A stretch of DNA of 64,000 nucleotides, from positions 192,572,001-192,636,000 of the forward strand of contig OX597814.1 in the NCBI GenBank assembly GCA_951406725.2. The letters run 5' to 3'. The position numbers and the translations under genes are program-made. This DNA is from Octopus vulgaris (Eukaryota). Position 1 is the stretch's first letter. Each line of letters opens with the position of its first letter. The notes below the pieces were generated by a model. The model saw nothing but the letters and a program-made list of their open reading frames with translations, did no database searches and had not been told where the DNA came from. Positions 50,518 to 64,000 of this stretch are shown here, one piece after another.

Positions 50518-51929
50518 TTTATCAATCACAGAAAATAACGAGAAAACAAATCAATAATTGACATTTCACGATAGTTACTTCTTTGTTTAGACTTTATAGA
50601 AACCAGAACACAGAAAAAGAAAACATTTCATTAAGAACTGTGAAGAATAAAATCAAGCAGGGTTGATGATAGAAAAGAAGAAAACTGTTGAGATATTCCA
50701 TTCATTCACGTAATCATCGCAACATTAAAGGAAATTAAGGCTAATGTTAGATGAAAAAATATTTACAGTAACTTATAAGGTTTATAGGTGCAGATGTTGT
50801 TGTGTGGAGAGTAGTTTGGTTCCTAATTTCGTGGTCCTGGGTTCAGTCCCACTGTGTGGTACCTTAGGCAAGTGCCTTCATCTATAACCCTCAAGCTGAC
50901 CAAAACCATGAATAGATCGATCGGATCAATAGGCGCAGGAGTGGCTGTGTGGTAAGTAGCTTGCTTACCAACCACATAGTTCCGGGTTCATTCCCACTGT
51001 GTGGCACCTTGGGCAAATGTCTTCTACTATAGCCTCAGGCCGACCAAAGCCTTGTGAGTGGATTTGATAGACGGAAACTGAAAGAAGCCTGTTGTATATA
51101 TGTATGTGTGTCTGTATTTGTCTCTCCATCATCACTTGACAACCGATGCTGGTGTGTTTACGTCTCTGTAATCTAGCGGTTCAGCAAAAGAGACTGATAG
51201 ATTAAGTACCAGGCTTACAAAGAATAAGTCCTGGGGCTGAAGTGCTCGACTAAAGGCGGTGCTCCAGCATGGCCACAGTCAAATGACTGAAACAAGTAAA
51301 AGAGTATGAGAACTAAAAGAAGCCTGTTATATACAAACGCACATTCTCCTGTGTGTATATGTTTGTCTCTTTGTCTTGGCGTCACATGATAGTCGTAAAT
51401 GAGCATCACTGTCATACAAGCAGTGTCATTCCTTCCCAATATTCTGCTAGAACATGTCCAGCCATGGGGAAACAAGTGAGGATTGTCAACAGGAAGGGCA
51501 TCCTACCTAAATAGACTCAGTCTAACTCTGACAAGCATGGAAAAGTGAGTGTTAAAATGATGATAATGATGAGAAACATCAATTATCTATTTTTATTGAC
51601 AGTTTATGTATAGGTGTAACAAAAGGATAAAATCCCGTCCCAAGTCATATAGGATCGTAAGATCGGTTTCCCGGTTTTTGTAACATATATATTCCCTTCT
51701 GGATGAGATGCTGGTCTGTCACAAGATTACTCATTTTTGTCAGCTGAGTGGACTGTAGCAACATGAAATGAAGTGGTTTGCTCAAGAACACAAAGCATTG
51801 TCCAGTCCAGGAATTGAAACCACAATCTTATGATCATGAGTCCAACACCCCAACCACTAAACCATATGCCTTCACGCAGATATAATACTGATATAAGAAC
51901 ATATTTCCAGAGTTGTTCTAACCATATGC

Positions 51930-52340
51930 CTAGGCATAGGAGTGACTGTGTGGTAAGTAGCTTGCTTACCAACCACATGGTTCCGGGTTCAGTCCCACTG
52001 CGTGGCACCTTGGGCAAGTGTCTTCTACTATAGCCTTGGGCTGACCAAAGCCTTGTGAGTGGATTTGGTAGGCGGAAACTGAAAGAAGCCCGTTGTATAT
52101 ATGTATATATATGTACGTGTGTGTACATGTTTGTGTGTCTGTGTTGGTTCCCCCAACATCGCTTGACAACCGATGCTGGTATGTGTTTACGTCCCTGTAA
52201 CCTAGCAGTTTGGCAAAAGAGACCGATAGAATAAGTACTAGGCTTACAAAGTATAAGTCCTGGGGTCAATTTGCTCAACTAAAGGCGGTGCTCCAGCAGA
52301 GCCACAGTCAAATGACTGAAACAAGTTAAAGAGTAAAAAG
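51930..52340 (+). mobile_element. tRNA-derived SINE family A with internal (TA)/(TG) microsatellite (copies at 3712-4139 -, 9919-10200 -, 16935-17535 +, 38595-38955 +, 50931-51305 +, 60296-60735 +, 60953-61321 - and others)
   Basis: Head ggagtggctgtgtggtaagtagcttgcttacc..ggttccgggttcagtccc; tail gactgaaacaagtaaaagag. It is the source of many spurious ORFs (RRHLPKVPRSG / EDTCPRCHAVG). Confidence 0.9.
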
Positions 52341-52957
52341 AGAGAGCCTTTAGTCTAGAGCATTGGCTGTGCAACCCGTGTGTGGTGTAATGACAGAAGG
52401 TGAAGTTATTGATAAATGTATTACACTACAAACAAATATTACTCGCAGTCCCTTGACGAAAAAAATTATTTTTTGATGTAAGGAGTTTCTAACCAGTTTT
52501 CTAATGGCTTCAAATACATTCTTGAAGTTGTCAATATAGAGTAACTAACAAAAATACTTCTTGACAAAGATGAAGTTTAGCCTTGACACTAGATGCATGC
52601 CAACCTCAACTTTAAGCTTACAGCCAAACACAAAATTTATGTATCTGTGAATATTGCTTACCCAAATTTGTAAATTTTTTAGATGAATTTTGGATTAGGG
52701 TCCTTGTTTCTGTTGTTATAGCCAGAATGTTTTGGGTAGAGTGGCCTCCAATCTTCTTCCGGTATGTCACCCCAACTCATATTACAGATCAATCAGTGAT
52801 AAGCATAACATGGATTACAATTGAGAGTAGTAGCATGTAATACCGGATCAGTGATGAATGATTCAGTGATAAACAAGGTTTCATGTACTAAATATACAAA
52901 AACACTTATTACTAAGAGAAGCCAAGAGTGGAAGCAAGTGTTAGGCTAAACACTGTA

Positions 52958-53300
52958 TACTTGACTTGACTTGAGACAGCATTCACCCGGGGTGGGTTGA
53001 AGTTGGCTTCATTCATCCTCAATACTGCATCTCTCACAAACGCCAACCAGACCTGGCGATTTGAGGTTAACGACCGCGTGATCCCCAACCACTCCTCATT
53101 CCAGTGGCGAACGCCATGGATATGGGGGCCAAGGTTGGGTTCCAGATCAGCCTTGACTGTCATCAGCCAGGTTTTTCGTTGTCCACCACATCGCTTTCGT
53201 CAACCCTGAAGGGGAGCAGGGGTAATTGCTTCGTAGATGAATTCTCCTGGTTGATGACGGAGGGCATGACCCAGCCAATGCAGCATTTAGCTGTGTTATT
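52958..53300 (-). mobile_element. RTE-clade LINE 3' end
   Basis: GGQRKTWLMTVKADL...NRQVW C-terminal motif and a (CAAGT)n tail. Confidence 0.7.
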
Positions 53301-55455
53301 TTACATTCTACCAAAGCTGAGGGTCATAATTTGAAAGATGACAAAATACAAGTCTCACATTGTTGTGTATTCAATTCAAGCAAGAAATACATATTTCAAA
53401 AAACTTTGAAATAGAAATTTTTACTAGCTCTTCTGAATTCAAAATGCTACTGCTATTCAAAAAACTTTATCATCATCATCGTTTAACGTCCGTTTTCCGC
53501 GCTAGCACGGGTTGGACGGTTCGACCGGGATCTGGGAAGCCAGGGGCCGCTCCAGGCTCCAGTCTGATCAGGCAGAGTTTCTACGGCTGGATACCCTTCC
53601 TAACGCCAACCACTCTGCGAGGTGCCAGGGAGGGGTCCGGCATCGGCCACGATTGGTCCAAAATACAACAGCAACAAAAATAAGTGATGAAATAATATAG
53701 TGGCATTGAAATTTTTGAAGTTACATGACTGGATGCCCTTCCTAATGCCAACCATTTCGCAGTAAAATGCACCCAGTATGCTCTGTAAGGTGGTTGGCAT
53801 TATGAAGGACTCTTAACCACAGAAACCATGCCAAAGCAGACACTGCAGTTTGATACAGACTTCTGGCTTACCAGCTCCTACCAAACTGTCGAAACCATGC
53901 CAGTATGGAAAACAGGTGTTACATCATGATGATGAAAAGGCAGATGATTTAATATCCAGCTCCCTCTCCACCTCAATCACCTGAATCTGTTTCTCCTTCA
54001 CCTCATCATGTTCTGGCTTTGGATTTCCCCTTACACCAATCCATCTGCAATCATCTTGTCTTCTACCCACACTATCAGCCATTTCCCCTTCCACTTTGTT
54101 ACCTTAATCACTGATCCCTTTAATGTGCTCTTGCTTCGTTCCCCTCTACTCACCCTGTTGGTTATGTTACCCAGAATGAGCAACGAGGACTCCTCTGTCT
54201 TGCTGAGTACAAGGCAACATCATTAGTGCTGGTGCCATGAGAAAATGCAACCAGAACAACCAACACAGTGGTTGATGAAAGAGCAGAAACAGAGGACCCT
54301 TTAGTCTTGGCCTCTCTTAAGTTGCTGCTATGATAGATAATACACCACCTACACCCTGTAAGCTGTTAGGAAGGGTAACATGCCAAAAATAGAACACACA
54401 AAGGAAACACAATCCTCTGACCCATCCAGCAGAGCAGCAAGCCATTCAAGAATTTGGACCTGGAGATCTCCATTTCCAGCGACTTTGAGGGCCACCTCCC
54501 AGTGGTGTCAGGCGTCAACGAAGAGCCCTCGACTACAACAAGACAACCAAAGTTTTTTTTTTTTTCTCCAAGGTCTGGGGTCTCTCACCCCTAAACCCTA
54601 GACCATCATCTAATCACCCTTACCTGTCTTGTTGCTTAACAACAACAACAGCAGCAGCAGAGCAGCAACTCCAAATAAGACCTAACTCGGGCAGGGACAA
54701 TCCATCCAACTCATACCAGAAAGGTAGATAAAATGAACATAAAACGATGATGAGGATGATGGTGATATCAGAGGTTTAGTGATAATAGATTAACTCACAT
54801 GTGTGGTCTGCCACAAAGTTCAGTCCTTGTTGTGACGAGGTGGTTTGTGTGCCTCTGCGACCCTGAGAGCTATGTCAGTAGAGTACAAGCTCCTGATAGG
54901 GTCTCGCATGCTGGACAGGTCAAAGGATAGAGTCCAGACTAATATGGACCACCTCTGTCCAGAAGTAAAAATGGATTTGCGTAGGGTCAGCATAGGGCCA
55001 ACACCCCTACCTAGAAAAAAAGCAAAGTTACAGAAGCATCGATGACAGTTCAAAATCCAACAAGACCTGGGAGAGGGAAAGACCATCCCTCAGGGTAGCA
55101 AGATGCTGAGGCAGAGATAAAAAAGCAAGGTTCCAACTGGAGAGAAGCAGAAAAGGACAGCCAAGTGTTGAGAACAGTGGTGAAAAGTCATTGGCAGCAT
55201 CTGTTCCATGGAGAGCGGAAGGCTGAAGTAGTAAGTGGCACATGTGAGGTGCAATTAAGGATTGTAACTCCAGCCTGGAATTGAAACTGAAGCAGAGACC
55301 CAGTTCGTTGAATACTCACTATTAATCTCCCCACAAACACACTAACATGCATGCATTCAGATCAGATAGGCATTAGTTACAGGCATTAGAGAGCAGTTAA
55401 CAAATGTAGTGAAAGTGAAAGGACTGAGCCGACACTGTGTCAACAATTTGCTTAC

Positions 55456-55535
55456 TTGTTTTTCATAATGTGCAGATTCCACAACTTCATTAATTCCTTT
55501 TCACCCTCATTTACATCTGTGAACTCATCAATCAT
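55456..55535 (-). CDS. SUZ12: SUZ12 exon (VEFS box)
   Basis: tag|MIDEFTDVNEGEKELMKLWNLHIMKN|gtaag; EF.DVNEGEKE.MKLWNLH motif. Confidence 0.96.
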
Positions 55536-56096
55536 CTACAGAAAGAAAATACATAGTAACCAATACAATTATAATGAGTTGCTATAATCAAATAGTTCAA
55601 ATATAAAAAAATATAAATGCGCCCTTTTTAAAGCCTAACCAGGCTCATGGGCCTGGTTTCCATGGCGTACGTGTTGCCCAGCTGGACGGGACGCCAGTCC
55701 ATCGCAGCGTTACTCACTTTTGCCAGTTGAGTGGACTGGAGCAACGTGAAATGAAGTGTTTTGCTCAAGAACACAACGCGTCACCCGGCCCAGGAATCAA
55801 AACCACAATCTTACGATCATGGTACTGACACCCTAACCACTAAGCCACGCGCCTTCATAATTCAAATATAATTTTCTCTTTTTAACATCAAAACACCTGA
55901 GTAAGTACTTCAGTGGAAAGGGATTTTTTTTCAGCAAAATCCATTTTGAAAAACGAAAGAAGCAAATTTAATAGCTGAATGCTCTTTCAGTTAAGCAAAA
56001 TAAAATGGTGCTTTTGTGTAGAAGCACAACAATTATATATATATAGCATGGTTTGGTCACTAGAAACTAGCAGCAGTCTCTGAAATTGCTGTATTA

Positions 56097-56342
<246 letters not shown>

Positions 56343-59300
56343 TTAGAGTCTGATAAAAAGACAAGTATAAGAATTAAAAATGAAGTACCAAATTTGATAG
56401 CGTGTAAGACACACATTTTATCAAAAAAAAAAAAAAAAACCTAGGGCCCATATGGGTCTTCTATCAATTAATTTTATCCATGACATTCACTTTTCCTTGA
56501 ATATGTGCTACTGATATAGGGGTATATCTAATACCTATTTCTTTACTACCCACAAGGGGCTAAACACAGGGGGGACAAACAAGGACAGACAAACGGATTA
56601 AGCAGATTACATCGACCCCAGTGTGCAACTGGTACTTATTTAATCGACCCTGAAAGGATGAAAGGCAAAGTCGACCTCGGCAGAATTTGAACTCAGAACG
56701 TAGCGGCAGACAAAATACCGCAAAGCATTTCACCCAGCGTGATAACAATTCTGCCAGCTCGCCACCTTTACCATCTGTATATGAGACATTCCAATGAATA
56801 GAAGAGAAAAGCCCAATATCACTCTTGCCATAAGAAACGTAGTGAACCAATAGTATACGGCCTATTAGATGTCATGTTCATATATTGCAAGTGAGAATGT
56901 ATGGCCTAATGGTTAGGGTGTTGCACTCACAATCACAAGATCGTGGTTTCAATTCCTGGACTGGGTGGTGCATTGTGTTCTTGAGCAAAACACTTCATCA
57001 TGTTGCTCTGCAATAACATCGACATGTGATTCAGTGTTCTCTTGTTCAGGCAATGTCGATTTGATGGAAGGAGCGAGTTACAGAACATCACATACAGTTA
57101 ATCACCATAAACAAATCATTTGCACAGGTCATTCAGCAAAATGCTGAACACTCACAGGTCGGACGGTTTGACCAGGACTGGCATGCTGCACTAGACTCCA
57201 GTCTGATTTGGCATGGTTTCTACGGCTGGATGCCCTTCTTAACACCAACCACTCCATGAGTGTAATGGGTGTTTTTATGACCCACTGGCACAAGTGCCAG
57301 TTTGCATGACACCAGTATCTTATTTCTTTACTGCCCACAAAGGGCTACTCACAGAGGGGACAAACAAACGGATTATGTCGATTACATCGACCCCAGTGCA
57401 TAACTGGTACTTGTAACGGCAGACGAAATACCACAAAGCATTTCGCCCGGCGTGCTAACGATTCTGGCAGCTCGCCGCATGACACCAGTATCTGCCACGA
57501 CTGTGATTTTTCTTGGCTTGATGAAGTAGAGTACTCTGCTCAAGGACACAGCACACCACAGGGAATCGTACTCATGACTATGATTGTGGGCCAAATACCC
57601 CTCACCACTGAGCCATGCACTTTCACTCTCTTAAATGTAGAGAAAAGGAATGAAGCGATAGAGACAGAGGAAGAAAAGCATCAGTCATTTACAATGACAA
57701 TTAGACTGAAATACTATCCATCTTTTCTAGCTCCTTTACTTTTAACAATGAAGAAAAAGGAAAGACATTTAGTAATGAATAGAGGGAAAGTCTTTCAGGT
57801 GTTTACGTTTTTATTCTGGGAGTTCTAGCAATCGAGTGTTAGTTCTCTCTTCTTTCCACCATCCCCGGTACTTATTTGCTTTCTTTAATAGTTCTTCATG
57901 CCTTTTAATTGAGGTGAAGACCATGTTTTCTTTTTCAAGCACATTTAACGTCTTTTCTACAAATAAGCCTGCCTCCCTTTTTTTCTTATTTTTTATTATT
58001 ATCATACAAATACTAATACAAATTTTGAATGGGGTATAACCGTGAAAAGAGCCCACAAAAATGGGTAATACCCCCTATAAAATGGGAGGGGGAGAAAAGT
58101 TGCCAATAGGTGGCTACACGAAATTCAACTCTATACTTTAAAGAGTGTCTTCAAGCCAGCCAAAGCCTTGTGAGTGAATTTGGTAGACAGAAACTGAAAG
58201 AAGCCCGTCATATATGTGTGTGTGTGTGTGTGTTTGACTCCACCCCACCACCATCACTTGACAACTGGTGATGGTTTGTTTGCATCACCGTAACCTAGCT
58301 GTTTGGAACAAGAGACTGATAGAATAAGCACCAGGCTTACATGGAACAAATCCCTGGGTTGATTTCTTCAACTAAAGGGTGGTGCTCCAGCATGGCCACT
58401 GTCAAATGACTGAAACAAGTAAAAGAATAAAAGAACGTTCCATACCACTAAACCAAAGTTTCACGGCTAAATAGTAATTCTGTTTACATTTGTGTAACTG
58501 AGATATTTTGGTTGGATTATACAGTAATGGGTCTTACACTTCTTTCTATATTTTGTAACTGTCACACATAGAAACATTTCTCATGGGACCAGCACAATTT
58601 ACAGATGCTTACATAATGTTTTCCACAAATTTTTCATGGGCCCAGCTAGTAATTATGATTATTATTAAAACAATGAGCTGGCAGAACCGTTGGCATGCCA
58701 GACAAAATGCTTAGCGGTATTTTGCCTGCTACTATGCTCTGAGTTCAAATTCCGCAGAGGTTGACTTGGTCTTTCATCCTTTCAGGATCGATGAAAAAGT
58801 ACCAGTCGAGTACTGGGGTCGATATAATCAACTATCCCCACTCCTTCCTACAAAGTTTCAGGGTTTGTGTCTGTAGTAGAAATGGCGGCAGCGGTGGCGA
58901 CGACGACTACTACAACTACTACTACTACTACTACTACTACTAATAATAATAATAATAATAATAATGACGATATGTGCATCTCTGATCATGAGCAGAAGTA
59001 GTGGGGGAGCATCATAGCCATGTGTTGAAAGGAATTCTTAGAGGTTTGGACAATTCACCTTTGGAAACATGGATGGTTCGTTCAACATCCTTAAACGATC
59101 CTTATTCATGGACCTTTTGAGCGGGATGGGTTACTCGACCTGAAGAAAATTCTAACTGGGCCCCACCTGCAAGGTCATGCGCTGTTTATCTTGATATGAG
59201 ATCACCATGTCGCGCACATATGGTTGTGATGCATGTGCCTGGTGTACCCTTATCAGACGGGTAGTCATGATGGATATACTGGGCTTCGTATATTTTACCC

Positions 59301-59467
59301 CAGTGTTACTTTGATTGCATGCACTGCTCTCTCACTCAATAATAATAATAATAATAATAATAATACAGCTTGAAATTCAAAATTGCAATTATGTTTATTT
59401 TTATCAAAATAATTGCAGTTATTTTTAGAGGAAATATGGGCACAGATCTATTTGATTGTGAGTTTAT

Positions 59468-59516
<49 letters not shown>

Positions 59517-59595
59517 TTTATAAACACATATACACACAGAAAGAGAGAAATGCATGCAGACAAGTATCTGATGGGAGGGAAAAAAAAATACTTAC

Positions 59596-59685
59596 CGATT
59601 GTGTCCCTGAATAAACTGTCGGTTGATTTGGTTATCTGTTTCTGGTTCCATAAATTCGGATAATAAAGGATCAGGGCGTTTTGGT
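59596..59685 (-). CDS. SUZ12: SUZ12 exon (start of VEFS box)
   Basis: ccag|(R)PKRPDPLLSEFMEPETDNQINRQFIQGHN(R)|gtaag; phase 2-2, 90 nt. Confidence 0.92.
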
Positions 59686-60457
59686 CTGGATGGTTGGTGG
59701 AGGAAAAAATATTTGTTTTATATATATCTCAGAGTTATTCTTTCCATTCACTTACTTCACAAACACATTGGTGTGTGTATGTATGTACACCCACACAATC
59801 TAAATTTTTCCTACACAAGATTTAAAAAATAGGTATTTTTAAGGGGTTTTTAATGACATTTTGTATTTTTTTAAACAATCATTTGGTCAAAAACTGCTAT
59901 ATTCACTTCAACATTTAAATTTAATTTGCCAAAATATTTTCATTGCTTTGAGACCGCAACCTGTTCACTGTTTCTTAAATGGCTTATTAACATCTTCCAC
60001 GACGCAATTGTTTTCGTTCCAGCACATAATCTCAGATCAGATCACTTGCTATGCAAGTACATCTCCGTAAATCATTTGATAATTCTCAAGAAGATGAAAT
60101 GGTTCGTTGGTGGAACAATCATTCAACTAAAGTGGTGGAGTATTTTAAGATACTCTCCTTACAGGTCCATTAGAAGGACATAGCTGAGATAGTAGTCCCT
60201 CAGATGTGCAATTTTAACAATGTGCTGAAGACTGTCAGAGAGAAACATAGCAAAACAGAACTGAAGGAAGCTCACCAGTATAATTAAGGAAAAGTGTAGG
60301 AGTGGCTGTGTGGTAAGTAGCTTGCTTACCAACCACATAGTTCTGGGTTCAGTCCCACTGCATGGCACCTTGGGCAAGTGTCTTCTACTATGGCCTCAGG
60401 CCGACCAAAGCCTTGTGAGTGGATTTGGTTGACGGAAACTGAAAGAAGCCTGTCGTA

Positions 60458-60518
<61 letters not shown>

Positions 60519-62873
60519 ACATGTTTGTGTGTCTGTGTTTGTCCCCCCAACATCGCTTGACAACCAATGCTGGTGTGTTTACGTCACCATGACTTAGTGG
60601 TTCAGCAAAAAGAGACTGATAGAATAAGTACTAGGCTTACAAAGAATAAGTCCTGGGGTCGATTTGCTGGACTAAAGGCAGTGCTCCAGCATGGCCACGG
60701 CCAAATGACTGAAACAAGTAAAAGAGTAAAAAGAGAGAGAGTGTGTGTATTTGCTTAGTTGTTGCCATGTGACAGACCCCCCAATACTCTTCTAGTTATA
60801 GTTGATTTGCAGTTATATTTGAAAGCATTGCCACTGTTCAAATGTACTGATTATTTTGACAGAATTATAGTTGTTAATCTATTACAAGTTGCCTGGTTGT
60901 TTGCTGGGCCTTCTTTCTTGTTGAGTGGAGTAGCATTTGTGTTTTAGTAATGTTACTCTTTTACTCTCTTTTACATGTTTCAGCAAATCGACCCCAGGAC
61001 TTATTCTTTGTAAGCCTAGTACTTATTCTATCAGTCTCTTTTTGCTGAACCGCTAAGTTACGGTGACGTAAACACACCAGCATTGGTTGTCAAGCGATGT
61101 TGGGGTGACAAACACACAAACATACACACACACATATATATATATACATACATACATATATACGACGGCCTTCTTTCAGTTTCCGTCTACCAAATCCACT
61201 CACAAGGCTTTCGTTGGCCTGTGGCTATAGTAGAAGACACTTGCCCAAGGTGCCATGCAGTGGGACTGAACGTGGAACCATGTAGTTTGTAAGCAAAATA
61301 CGTACCACACAGCCACTCCTACACACATATAAAAAAAAAATGAATGTTATGAAATGATATTTGCTTTGAATTCAACCTAACATAACTGATCTTTTATTAT
61401 TTTACTATGTTAGTTTTCAATACCTTAAAAAAATTCATGATGAAAAATATCTGGTTGGGGAAAAGAATATTAACTAGTTTTGCTGCTTGCATCAATTTAG
61501 ACTCTACTAAGAGATACATAAAAGATAAGTGATGTTTTTTTTTAAAACCTGGTGATAAATTAACCCTTAAATATTTAAATTGGCCATAATATTCTACCTG
61601 TTTTGTTTTTAACCCTTTCGTTACTGTATTTCTGTTGTGATGCCCTGTGTTTCTTTCAATTACTTTAAATATAACAAAGCATTTAGTAAAATAACTTAGT
61701 TATCATTCAGCTGGTGTTAGGAACATAAATTGTGACTAAGGTTTTGGGGAAGATTTTAATTCAGAACTTTTGAAAACAAGACATTTATACTGAGAGCCAG
61801 AACTGGTTTCAGCCAGGTTGGTAACAAAAGGGTTAAACCATCTAAATTTGGCCTCTCACACCTACCCTGCAATATCATTTTAAAATAAACAATCACATCA
61901 TTGAAATCACAAAGCTACAAAATAGTACATGATTAATTCAAAACAATGTGAATAAATAAGCATTACATTTGATAAAGTGATCTGAATGTTAAGGGGTTGA
62001 GTCTATCATTCAAAATCAACTTAAATCCACAATTCTAAAGGCATCTAGTTCCAGCAGGTATTTATCAACATTTTGTTTCTGTATATATCCTCTCCACCCA
62101 ATGTCATCATCATCATCGTTTAACGTCCGCTTTCCATGCTGGCATGGGTTGGACGATTTGACTGAGGACTGCATCAGGCTCCAATCTGATCTGGCAGAGT
62201 TTCTACAGCTGGATGCCCTTCCTAATGCCAACCACTCCACTTTATGGAAGTTACTTTTTGTTTTCTAATTAGGTTTAAGAAAAAAAATAAATTCTAAAAA
62301 TAAAAACTAAGTCAAATTTGAGACATTGATAAGGATACAGCTGAGGAGATTTAGGGAAAAAAAATTCACCAAGAGGTCATGGTGCTTAGATCGTTGTCTA
62401 CAATGTCAAGCAAGAATTCAGACCATGTTACACAACGTGCACCATTCTAATTACCACTAAGAGAATCAGACTGGACTGGAGTGCAATTTTTCTCCAAGTA
62501 ATTTCCTGTCCCTCTTTCCTAGTTAAGCCTCTCTACATGCTGGGTACAATGCCATCCCCCTCGATACTTCACCCAACCCTGTGAAGTGGGGGGGGGGGGT
62601 GTCTTGTTTTATGTGTTACTTGATGACCCAGTAGAGTTGATGCTATGGAAAAAGAAAAGCACCCAATACATTGTGTAAAGTGGTTAGTATTATGAAGGGG
62701 CAGCCAACCATAAAAAAAAAAAAACTTGCCAAAGCAGATAATGGAGACCAACACAACCCTCAGGCAAGTCAGATTCTGTTGAACCATCCAACACATGCCA
62801 GCATGAAACAAGACATTAAATGATGACGATGATAAAATTTTAGCTATATATGATAAAAAAAAATATTCTCTCA

Positions 62874-63050
<177 letters not shown>

Positions 63051-63530
63051 TTAATGAGTGCATAAGAAAGGTTTCAACGGGTTAACAAAAAGGTGGTGAG
63101 CTGGTAGAATTGCAAGTGTGGTGGGCAAAATGTTCACCGGCATTTCAATTGGCTTTATGTTCTGAGTTCTAATTACACCGAAGTCAACTGGTTGATATAA
63201 TTGACTTAAACCGCCCCTAAAATTGCTGGTTTTGTGCTAATATTTGAAACCAATATGTCAATTAGCAAAAATAAATAACTTCATGAAAAGCTTTTAAATT
63301 AAAATTGTCCAATGAAATAAGTGTTACGAGATAACAAGTATGGGTCATCTTTGTCCTTTTGCATCTGTATGTTGGGTTATTTTACCTTTTAGTGAGCAGA
63401 GAAGGGAAGTACCCATGAGTCTTTATAGGGTCTCTGGGATGCATAGAAGGGAATGGACCTGCCAAATCTAGTTTACAGCAATATCTGCCCTGAAAATCCT
63501 CTCCTAATTTGATAGGATATATATGGCTTA

Positions 63531-64000
63531 CAGTAAATCCTCGAGTATAATCCACATTTTCCCCCCAAAATCCCTAGTGCATACTATATACGAGGTTAAA
63601 AATGAAAATTATTTTCTAAGCAATGTCCAAGTCTCTATTTGCTGTCCGGCAATGTTTATTCAGATGCATTTTGTGATGTTGAGTGCGAAAATACCTTAAG
63701 CTAAGCTTGAAAGCAATGAAGTCATAAAAGAATCATCCATAACTTGCAGTAAGCAACATTTATTAAACGTTATTACGGTTATATATTAATTTTTTGCAAA
63801 CAAAATGCACAAAAAAGCTACACGTTTGCATTATGTTATACATACAATAATAATAAAGGACGTTACCGTATACATTTTTACAAATCAAGGACGTTATATA
63901 GACCTCTTTGATTCAAGTTAGAGAAGGGGTGCGTATTATACACAAGGTTTAGGTTTTTCAGAAGTACAGCCCCCTAAAAATCCCCTGCGTATTATACTCA
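63531..64000. mobile_element. Tc1/pogo-like MITE (right TIR cut by the window end)
   Basis: ta|cagtaaatcctcgagtataat at the start and ...gcgtattatactca at the end. Confidence 0.6.

Noticed and set aside
51727-52278. Longest ORF in the track (183 aa) and similar RRHLPKVPRSG ORFs
   Set aside because: Antisense reading of the high-copy SINE family A; not a protein gene.

Overview
This is AT-rich, repeat-dense eukaryotic genomic DNA. The SINE, microsatellite and MITE content suggests a coleoid cephalopod (Octopus-like); that assignment is inference. Two convergent spliced genes can be reconstructed by hand. The first is a complete 6-exon acyl-CoA thioesterase 8/TesB-family gene on + (13196..37247, 352 aa). 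The second is the last five coding exons of Polycomb PRC2 subunit SUZ12 (VEFS box) on - (42663..63032), continuing beyond the window. Nearly all ORFs in the supplied track are spurious repeat-derived frames. The rest is nested tRNA-SINEs, CR1/RTE LINE remnants, mariner/pogo/hAT/TTAA MITEs and Helitrons. Most notable: (1) minimal hammerhead-ribozyme-like motifs in Penelope-like, often fold-back, termini, with three covarying cores (C3-G8, G3-C8, U3-A8); (2) a ~4.1 kb palindrome made of two head-to-head composite Helitrons that carry one of these motifs; (3) an alternative or duplicated SUZ12 3' end; (4) an ACOT8 with a mitochondrial-type leader and no canonical SKL.
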